Origin: Desulfobacteraceae bacterium | Lineage (GTDB): Bacteria; Desulfobacterota; Desulfobacteria; Desulfobacterales; ETH-SRB1 | Length of the DNA stretch: 33,480 nt | Direction: 5' to 3' | NCBI GenBank assembly: GCA_013202725.1 | Contig: JABMRH010000192.1 | Location: forward strand, 1-33,480 | Made by a program: the position numbers and the translations under genes | The notes under the pieces: model-generated | The model's input: only the letters and a program-made list of their open reading frames with translations | Told to the model about the DNA's origin: nothing | Databases searched by the model: none | In this document: piece by piece, positions 27,450 through 33,480 of the stretch | How the letters are laid out: every line of letters starts with the position of its first letter | Numbering within the stretch: position 1 is the first letter of the stretch

Positions 27450-29411
27450 TTACACAAAAAACAGCACAACAATAACGGCAAGCAGAATATATCCTATATA
27501 AAGATGAATATCTCCGTGCTGCATCCAGCGTAATTTATCAAAAAAGAACAGTACCGGACGAACTATCACGTTGTGCTGGTGAAGCTCAGCAATATCATTA
27601 ACATGACTATGATAGTGTGTCTTTCTTCTAGGCATCCGTCCACGAATTGGGGGGTGATCTTCATGCACAGGGGCAAAAGGCCTGAAAAAATCAATTATGG
27701 ATGCTGCATAAGAAGATCCTGTATACTGCATTTTAACAGTAGGCTGGGTAAATCCACAACCCCAGGTTCCTGATCGGGTAATGGATTTGCCTCTGTATGC
27801 TAACGCACGGATTATAAGAACAAAAAGAACAACGGCAAAAAATAGCGCTGCAGCCCGGGTTATGTTGCCTGTCATGCGAACGATCGGTTCAAACTGAATC
27901 CATTCGTAACCAAGGCCCAGGGAGGAAACTCCTTTCATGGCCATGAGTATAAAAAACTTGGGGTAAACACCTATGATAAGACAAAAACCTGCCAGTACCA
28001 GCATAGGGGCCAGCATGGAAAAGCCTTGCTCATCCACGTTCTCAGCTGCCGCACTTCTTGGCTCACCCTGGAAAACCACTCCCACAACTTTGGTAAAACA
28101 GGCCAGGGCCAGACCACCGATAACTGCAAGACTGATAATGGCAATAAGACTCATGGCAAAGGTCATTCTGTCCAATCCAACGCCCTTGAACCCACCTATA
28201 TAGATAAGGAACTCACTTACAAAACCGTTAAAGGGCGGGAGTCCGGAAATTGCCAGGGAGCCTATGAGAAAAGTAGTTCCGGTAATTTTCATTTTTTTGA
28301 TAAGTCCGCCCAGGATATCGATGGTGCGAGTACCGGTTTTCTTCAAAACCATTCCTGCCCCCATAAAGAGGAGTGATTTAAAAATGGCATGATTGAGCAC
28401 ATGCAAAAGGCCCCCTGAGAATCCAAGTATTGCCATGGGAACATTTCCAGATGACACACCGATCATGCCGATTCCTGTTCCAATGAGAATGATTCCAATA
28501 TTTTCCACACTGTGGTAAGCCAGAAGCCGTTTTAGGTCATGCTGACCCAGGGCATAGACTACTCCAAGGACTCCGGAAATACAACCGGCCGCAAGAACAA
28601 TGCCTCCAATGACTGGTGAATGGTAGTTTAAAAGAACATACATACGAATAATACCGTAAATACCTACCTTGATCATTACGCCTGACATAACTGCGGAAAT
28701 ATGGCTTGGAGCAGCAGGGTGTGCATGGGGCAACCAGACGTGGAAGGGAAAAACGCCGGCCTTGGAGCCGAAACCAATGAAGAATAGAATAAATACTATA
28801 AGTTTAAATGTATCAGGTAATGAAACCATTTGCCCAAACCCTAAACTGCCTGTATGGGCATATGCTACTCCAAACCCTGCAAAGATAAACATTGCACCTA
28901 CATGAGAGAAAACAAAATATAGATAACCTGCCCTGCGATTTTCAATTGCCTCATAATTAAATATGACCAGGAAAAAAGAAGAAAGGGACATGATTTCCCA
29001 AGAAAGCATAAAAGTGATCATGCCTTTAGAGGCTACTACCAGCGCCATAGACACGATAAGCAGGCTGAAAAAAAGGTAGTTTGTTGCTGTGCGAAGGGCT
29101 TTGTCAGTTTTGTCCATATAATGAAAACTGTAAATGCTTGCCAATAAAGAGATAGCGAAGATAGTGACCAGAAAAAAAGCTGACAGACCATCAATTTGAA
29201 AAGAAAGGGAAAAGGATTTTAGATATTTAAAAGAAGCAACATACTCTCCTGGACTTATCAGCTTGGATCCGGCGTCAACCAGACCCAGAATGCATCCTGC
29301 AACAATGGTAAAAACACTGAAAATCTTCATCATGAAAAATTGTCGCCTAATTAAGGGGGCAAACAGGCCCCCTGCAAATATTATCAACAGAGATAGAAAA
29401 AATAGATTCAT
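27450..29411 (-). CDS. NuoL / HyfB-like antiporter-type membrane subunit (EhrA-type)
   Basis: 653 aa. Contains FPFHVWLPHAHPAAPSHISAVMSGVMIKVG and LLAYHSVENIG. The C-terminal extension with TWGCGF..MQYTGSSYA is as in HyfB-type subunits. GAGAGGA SD upstream. Confidence 0.88.
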   Translation of the reverse strand: MNLFFLSLLIIFAGGLFAPLIRRQFFMMKIFSVFTIVAGCILGLVDAGSKLISPGEYVASFKYLKSFSLSFQIDGLSAFFLVTIFAISLLASIYSFHYMDKTDKALRTATNYLFFSLLIVSMALVVASKGMITFMLSWEIMSLSSFFLVIFNYEAIENRRAGYLYFVFSHVGAMFIFAGFGVAYAHTGSLGFGQMVSLPDTFKLIVFILFFIGFGSKAGVFPFHVWLPHAHPAAPSHISAVMSGVMIKVGIYGIIRMYVLLNYHSPVIGGIVLAAGCISGVLGVVYALGQHDLKRLLAYHSVENIGIILIGTGIGMIGVSSGNVPMAILGFSGGLLHVLNHAIFKSLLFMGAGMVLKKTGTRTIDILGGLIKKMKITGTTFLIGSLAISGLPPFNGFVSEFLIYIGGFKGVGLDRMTFAMSLIAIISLAVIGGLALACFTKVVGVVFQGEPRSAAAENVDEQGFSMLAPMLVLAGFCLIIGVYPKFFILMAMKGVSSLGLGYEWIQFEPIVRMTGNITRAAALFFAVVLFVLIIRALAYRGKSITRSGTWGCGFTQPTVKMQYTGSSYAASIIDFFRPFAPVHEDHPPIRGRMPRRKTHYHSHVNDIAELHQHNVIVRPVLFFFDKLRWMQHGDIHLYIGYILLAVIVVLFFV

Positions 29412-29484
29412 ACAATCCTCTCTAAATAATCATTTCACAGCCTTTAGTTGACGGAATGGCCTGAGTCAGCATTTTTACATAAAG

Positions 29485-29500
29485 AGCAAGGTTTATACCA
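29485..29500 (-). promoter_or_regulatory. Sigma54 (-24/-12) promoter, module B, for the Ehr-type operon
   Basis: The minus strand reads TGGTATAAACCTTGCT with GG-N10-GC spacing. It is identical to the 16-mer at 32719-32734 and lies about 75 nt upstream of the start at 29411. Confidence 0.7.
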
Positions 29501-29526
29501 AATGGTAGAAAATTATAAAAAACCAT

Positions 29527-29546
29527 TGCAACCTATTGATATATAA
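29527..29546 (-). promoter_or_regulatory. IHF-like box, module B
   Basis: The minus strand reads TTATATATCAATAGGTTGCA, identical to 19544-19563. It contains the WATCAA-N4-TTR match TATCAATAGGTTG. Confidence 0.45.
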
Positions 29547-29566
29547 AAAATTTATATAAAAAATTT
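29541..29566. repeat. Tandem A-tract 13-mer (ATATAAAAAATTT x2) between the UAS and the promoter
   Basis: Exact tandem copies at 29541-29553 and 29554-29566. Phased A/T tracts are consistent with intrinsically bent DNA. Confidence 0.8.
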
Positions 29567-29595
29567 TTGGATGATAATAATTTTTGGATGTTTAG

Positions 29596-29637
29596 TTTTG
29601 GCAAGATTTTGCCAAAACAGATGATTGTTTACCAATC
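29596..29637 (-). promoter_or_regulatory. Upstream activator sequence, module B
   Basis: The minus strand reads GATTGGTAAACAATCATCTG TTTTGGCA AAATCT TGCCAAAA. The 8-6-8 palindrome is perfect. It lies about 96 bp upstream of the -24 box and also faces the divergent LbH gene. Confidence 0.6.
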
Positions 29638-29885
29638 AGATGATAACCTTTGTCGATTTTCGGCTTGACGCATAACTATAAATATGATACATTGCAAAAT
29701 AAATTATTATTCTTTTTTTAAGAGCATTTGTTCCGGCATTTAAAGCTGTTGATAAAATCGCGATAATTCTTATCTCTACACTCCTTTTCTTACAATTCTC
29801 AACGGGTGGATTCTTTGGATAATGAATCCCGGCAAGTGTTCAGTTATTATTTATCCAGGCAGCTTATTAATACTTCAATTCTATA

Positions 29886-29915
29886 GGGGGATAAAGAATG
29901 GGGGGATAAAGAATG
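29886..29915 (+). repeat. Tandem duplication of SD plus ATG (GGGGGATAAAGAATG x2)
   Basis: Exact 15-nt copies at 29886-29900 and 29901-29915. The first ATG (29898) opens ATG GGG GGA TAA. The second ATG (29913) opens the 473-aa ORF. Confidence 0.9.
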
Positions 29916-31334
29916 GAGCAGTTAAAAAGTCTTAATGATCTTAATGATAGAATTGTAAACAGAGTAAATATAAGTTTACAAGAATTTGATTTTAACGCAA
30001 ATGCTTTTGTAACAAAAGCTATGAATCATGATAAAATGCTTAAATTTTATGCATTTTATGGAATCACTTCTCAACATCCGATTTATTTCAATTTTAGCAA
30101 TTCTAATATATCCGGCAGTTATTTTTTGGGAAAATGTTCTGTTAGAAGATCTGCAATCTATAAAAGTGATATAAGAGGAGATGAACTTAAAAGAAAAGGA
30201 AATAACAGTTTAAGATCTAACAAACTTCCGCTTGTTCAAGATGAAATAATAATCATCAGACACAGCCTGCTCTACAAAACACTTGTTCACAATAATTCAC
30301 ATAATCCTGGGACACCGGAAGAATTTCTTATCATAAACACAATGTCAACGCATTACGCTAATATTCATGGTTCTACACTTGAAGGATGTTTCTTAGGACC
30401 TTTTGCAACAGTTGATCTGATGAATCTTCATTCATGCATTATTGGTGAATTTTCATATGTTCAGGCGGGTGAACTTTTCCAGACGATTATTGATCCGGGA
30501 ACAATATGGATTAGAAATCCCAGCTTTAGTTTCAAGTATAAATTTGAAAAAAAAGTTCTGGATAAATATATTGGTGTAAACCCATCATATCAACCGCGTG
30601 GAATTATATACGATTTTGTAAAAGAAAAAGAAAGAGAATATGAATCACTTTTTGATGTTGTAGATATAATACCTGTAGAAACTCCTCCTAGTTCTGCTGT
30701 TAACAGGTATGCTGTTGTTAAAGGAAAAACCAGTATTGGTGAAAATGTTCTAATATCTCAACATGCATTTTTAGAAAATGCCGAAATGGGCAAAGGATCT
30801 AATGCTCAAGAAAATTCATATATTATTAATTCATGTTTAGCCGGTTTTAATATTACAGCACATGGAGCCAAGATTATCAATGCGGAAATAGGTCTTGAAA
30901 CATTTGTTGGCTTTAATTGTTTTTTAAATGGTAAAACAACTAAAAGACTGGTAATCGGTGATAATTGTATTGTTATGCCTCATACAATAATTGATTCAAC
31001 TGAACCGGTTGAAGTACCTGATAATCATCTTATATGGGGTTATATCGGATCTCAAAATGATCTTGATAATCACTCTATTAGTATTGATAAACTTTCAGAT
31101 TCTCGAGATATGATAACTATTGGCAAAATGACTTTTATAGGAAAAGGTTCTGTTTTTATTGGTATTTTTAAAAAAAGAATCAATCATATTCTACATTCCA
31201 ACGGTGCATTTTTTAAAGACGATGAGAACCGTGGTCATGCACAGGACGATCAAATTATTTCATTTAATACAATTCAACCATATAGAACAGGTGTTAATAA
31301 AGGAATCTATCCATCAATTAAAATTGAACCATAA
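29913..31334 (+). CDS. Hexapeptide-repeat (left-handed beta-helix) protein with two LbH segments, gamma-carbonic-anhydrase/acyltransferase-like; function unknown
   Basis: 473 aa. N-terminal LbH turns: IHGSTLEGCFLGPFATVDLMNLHSCIIGEFSYVQAGEL. C-terminal gamma-CA/PaaY-like segment: SIGENVLISQHAFLEN...NITAHGAKIINAEIGLETFVGFNCFLNG...VIGDNCIVMPHTII...LIWGYIGSQ. Visibly more AT-rich than its neighbours. Confidence 0.65.
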   Translation: MEQLKSLNDLNDRIVNRVNISLQEFDFNANAFVTKAMNHDKMLKFYAFYGITSQHPIYFNFSNSNISGSYFLGKCSVRRSAIYKSDIRGDELKRKGNNSLRSNKLPLVQDEIIIIRHSLLYKTLVHNNSHNPGTPEEFLIINTMSTHYANIHGSTLEGCFLGPFATVDLMNLHSCIIGEFSYVQAGELFQTIIDPGTIWIRNPSFSFKYKFEKKVLDKYIGVNPSYQPRGIIYDFVKEKEREYESLFDVVDIIPVETPPSSAVNRYAVVKGKTSIGENVLISQHAFLENAEMGKGSNAQENSYIINSCLAGFNITAHGAKIINAEIGLETFVGFNCFLNGKTTKRLVIGDNCIVMPHTIIDSTEPVEVPDNHLIWGYIGSQNDLDNHSISIDKLSDSRDMITIGKMTFIGKGSVFIGIFKKRINHILHSNGAFFKDDENRGHAQDDQIISFNTIQPYRTGVNKGIYPSIKIEP

Positions 31335-31388
31335 AAAAATTAATAATTGGGGATCAGGGTTTCTCAAGGATGTTGGAATGTATGCAAA

Positions 31389-32390
31389 TCATATAGGGGG
31401 TTTTGAACTTCGTTCATATTTTATGTTATATTTTTGAAGTTTGTATCTTAAAGTTCTTGGACTTATACGTAGTATTTTTGCTGTTTTTTCCTTGTCGCCG
31501 GCGAGGCGGTGTAATGTATCCATAATAGCTTTTTTTTCAGCCTCACTTCTGATTTCCTCAAGGTCCTTTATACGGTGGGGATCTTTAAAATGCCATAAAA
31601 AATCAGAGGGAAGATGTTCTACGCTTATCGTATCGTAATCGTTGAGGATAAATACTCTTTCTAAAAGATTTTTCAATTCCCTTACATTGCCGGGCCAGTC
31701 ATAACGACAGAAAAGGTCAATGACTTCAGGCTTAACAGCTGGCTTTGGTTTTTTAAAATTAATTGCCGATTGATTCAGAAAGCGGTCTACCATTTTTGGA
31801 ATAACGTTTTTCCTGTCTCTTAAGGGCGGTACATATATGGGAACTACATGAAGCCTGTAAAATAAGTCTTCTCGAAATAATCCCTTCTTGACTTCGTTTT
31901 TCAGGTCTTTATTTGTTGCCGATATAATACGGACGTCTACTTCAATTATTTCATTTCCTCCAATTCGGTGAAAGCAGAAATCTTCTAAAACACGTAAAAA
32001 ATCAATCTGATTTTCAAGAGGAAGATCAGAAACCTCGTCAAGGAAAAGGGTCCCTTTGTCAGCCATCTCAAAGCAGCCTTTTTCTTGGCAAATGGCGCCG
32101 GTAAAGGCTCCTTTTTCATGACCGAAAAGCTTGTCTTCGAACATAAGGCCTGAAAGAATGCCGGAGTTCACCGGCACAAAGGGATTTTCAGCTCTAGGGC
32201 TTTGCAGGTGAATGATTTTGGCAACCAGTTCCTTACCAGTGCCGCTTTCACCTGTAATCAGTACATTAACATCGTGTTTGGCCACTTGATTTACAGTTTG
32301 CATAATGGAGTGCATCACTTCTGCGCCCAGGATGAACTCATGCATGATTGATTCCTGGAGGTGCTTTATATAGGGAGAATGCAGTTTCAT
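31389..32390 (-). CDS. Sigma54-dependent transcriptional activator (bEBP) lacking an N-terminal sensory/receiver domain (PspF/HrpS-like architecture)
   Basis: 333 aa, or 318 aa if it starts at the ATG at 32345, which has an AGGAA SD. Walker A GESGTGKE, GAFTGA motif (EKGAFTGA), Walker B LFLDEV, C-terminal HTH KTAKILRISPRTLRYKLQKY. The AAA+ core begins within about 30 aa of the start. Confidence 0.9.
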   Translation of the reverse strand: MKLHSPYIKHLQESIMHEFILGAEVMHSIMQTVNQVAKHDVNVLITGESGTGKELVAKIIHLQSPRAENPFVPVNSGILSGLMFEDKLFGHEKGAFTGAICQEKGCFEMADKGTLFLDEVSDLPLENQIDFLRVLEDFCFHRIGGNEIIEVDVRIISATNKDLKNEVKKGLFREDLFYRLHVVPIYVPPLRDRKNVIPKMVDRFLNQSAINFKKPKPAVKPEVIDLFCRYDWPGNVRELKNLLERVFILNDYDTISVEHLPSDFLWHFKDPHRIKDLEEIRSEAEKKAIMDTLHRLAGDKEKTAKILRISPRTLRYKLQKYNIKYERSSKPPI

Positions 32391-32581
32391 ATACTTTTGC
32401 GGCTTTTCATCTCCAGAATTTTACAGTCAAATCTTTCAACCATAGCTTCTTTGTCTGTTTAGTCGCTTTAAGAAAGCAGGCCCACAGGAAGGAGAACAAA
32501 ATTCAAATATTAGTTGGGTATGCGAATATTTTCATATCTTTTAACCTGAATATATACCAGTGTCAAACAGATTCAGAATTG

Positions 32582-32623
32582 AAACGGCAAACTTTTATCC
32601 TTTTTGGCATAAATTTGCCAAAA
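32582..32623 (+). promoter_or_regulatory. Upstream activator sequence, module C
   Basis: AAACGGCAAACTTTTATCCT TTTTGGCA TAAATT TGCCAAAA. Same layout as modules A and B. Lies between the divergent bEBP and CBS genes. Confidence 0.6.
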
Positions 32624-32677
32624 CTTATACATAAAGAAGCTGTATGCAAACCGCTTATAGCAAATAAATAACAAGAA

Positions 32678-32690
32678 TATCATGTAATTA
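32678..32690 (+). promoter_or_regulatory. IHF-like box, module C (one mismatch)
   Basis: TATCATGTAATTA versus WATCAA-N4-TTR. It lies exactly 76 nt from the palindrome start, as in modules A and B. Confidence 0.35.
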
Positions 32691-32718
32691 TGTCAAGAAA
32701 AGATGATTCTTTGCCGGT

Positions 32719-32734
32719 TGGTATAAACCTTGCT
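32719..32734 (+). promoter_or_regulatory. Sigma54 (-24/-12) promoter, module C
   Basis: TGGTATAAACCTTGCT is identical to the module B promoter. It lies 117 nt from the palindrome start, the same as module B. It falls inside the 5' end of the six-frame ORF 32690-33235. Confidence 0.6.
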
Positions 32735-32746
32735 CTAAGATATTGT

Positions 32747-33235
32747 ATGTATTCAAAAAAAATAGTTAAAAACTATATGCATCCTCTTGATAAATATTGT
32801 TACATTAATGAGGATGACAGTATACATAAAGCTCTTGTCCTTATGGATGAAATAAGGAAAGAGAGTAAATCTCTATGCCTGGTTGTATTGGGAGCAGGTT
32901 CGTCTGAAAGGGAAACAATAAAGGGTTTTGTGACTCCTTCGGAACTTGTTTTCGGATTGTTATCCCACTTTTTAAAAGGGGTTCAAAGAAGCGGTCCGAT
33001 TTTTTGGGAAGGACAGTTTGAAACAGAATGCCTTGAAGGAGTGAAAAAACGTGTAGAGGAGATAATGCTTCCTATTAAGACTTATGTTAGAGGAAGCGAA
33101 ATGCTTATGGAGGCTGTTTTTTTGTTAGACAAATACAGGATGGATTTCCTGCCGGTAGTAAACAAGGATGAAGTGGTTGGCATAATTCATCTTGATGATA
33201 TTTTAGAGGAGATTTACGGCATTATACTGAAATAG
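32747..33235 (+). CDS. Stand-alone CBS-pair domain protein (start re-assigned)
   Basis: CBS-like repeats: IVKNYMHPLDKYCYINEDDSIHKALVLM and VEEIMLPIKTYVRGSEMLMEAVFLLDKYRMDFLPVVNKDEVVGIIHLDDI. The six-frame start at 32690 would place the module C promoter inside the gene. In-frame ATGs at 32747 or 32777 are more consistent. Confidence 0.6.
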   Translation: MYSKKIVKNYMHPLDKYCYINEDDSIHKALVLMDEIRKESKSLCLVVLGAGSSERETIKGFVTPSELVFGLLSHFLKGVQRSGPIFWEGQFETECLEGVKKRVEEIMLPIKTYVRGSEMLMEAVFLLDKYRMDFLPVVNKDEVVGIIHLDDILEEIYGIILK

Positions 33236-33386
33236 GTTTTGCTGTGGTGTATAGGTGTAACAATTGGGAGGTAGTATATGTAATCTAAAAACATATTGAT
33301 GATAGAATTTATATAGTATATTTTATTTTCTATAAAATAATGCGTTGGGCAGAATTAATAAGTGAATATGAACCGCAATAGCGAGC

Positions 33387-33416
33387 GCATTCCCCGTAGC
33401 TTGCTGCTGGGAATGC
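33387..33416. repeat. Hairpin repeat unit (GCATTCCC ... GGGAATGC)
   Basis: Perfect 8-bp arms at 33387-33394 and 33409-33416 around CGTAGCTTGCTGCT. The core is shared with the next unit. Confidence 0.7.
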
Positions 33417-33456
33417 GAGCGAATCTAAAAATGGCTAATTTCCTTACGGTCGAAGA

Positions 33457-33480
33457 TTCCCTGAAGCTTGCTACAGGGAA
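33457..33480. repeat. Second hairpin repeat unit of the same family (cut by the window end)
   Basis: TTCCCTG AAGCTTGCTA CAGGGAA, with 7-bp arms at 33457-33463 and 33474-33480. It shares the TTCCC.G.AGCTTGCT...GGGAA core with 33390-33413. Confidence 0.6.

Noticed and set aside
30690-31100. The idea that the LbH protein is an active gamma-class carbonic anhydrase.
   Set aside because: By-eye alignment shows an incomplete His triad: only one His in the G-H-x4-H-G region, and the first His is displaced. Only a gamma-CA-like fold can be claimed, not the activity.

Overview
This is a 33.5-kb chromosomal window with no rRNA, tRNA, CRISPR or transposase genes. Gene content and repeat types suggest an anaerobic Desulfobacterota-like (sulfate-reducer-type) genome; that taxon call is inference only.

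Left third (1-9.4 kb), housekeeping: rodA; a bactofilin; an F1Fo ATP synthase operon with b', b, delta, alpha, gamma, beta and epsilon but no a or c subunits; a GlmU-like uridylyltransferase lacking the acetyltransferase half; zapB-like and zapA genes; and a candidate 6S RNA.

Middle (9.5-19.4 kb): a CaCA cation antiporter; an 876-aa PEP-utilising (swivelling-His) enzyme with a non-canonical C-terminus; two receiver-only response regulators; a HAMP histidine kinase; a 72-aa Fis-type HTH protein; a cytidylate-kinase-like protein; and an SLC13 permease with TrkA-C domains.

Right half (19.4-33.3 kb), the interesting part:
- A six-gene complex-I-like / group-4-hydrogenase-like operon (22075-29411, minus strand). 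Its large subunit has lost the [NiFe] cysteine ligands, which matches the Ehr type.
- A divergently placed, AT-rich double left-handed-beta-helix protein.
- A sigma54 activator with no sensory domain.
- Two stand-alone CBS-pair proteins and a DASS anion symporter.

Three promoter regions in this half share one regulatory module at identical spacing: a GGCAAAC half-site plus the palindrome TTTTGGCA-N6-TGCCAAAA, then an IHF-like box at +76, then TGGTAT-N5-TTGCT at about +117. The modules sit in front of the Ehr-type operon, the CBS-DASS operon and the second CBS gene. This suggests a compact, uncharacterised sigma54 regulon.

Other oddities:
- A 27-nt perfect inverted repeat pairs the 3' UTR of the operon with the coding sequence of its last gene.
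- A 46-nt perfect palindromic bidirectional terminator lies between the convergent operons.
- A tandemly duplicated SD-ATG creates a 3-codon mini-ORF.
- Structured palindromic repeat elements occur at about 9.5 kb and at the right edge.

All calls come from reading the sequence and the translations by eye. No database searches were run.
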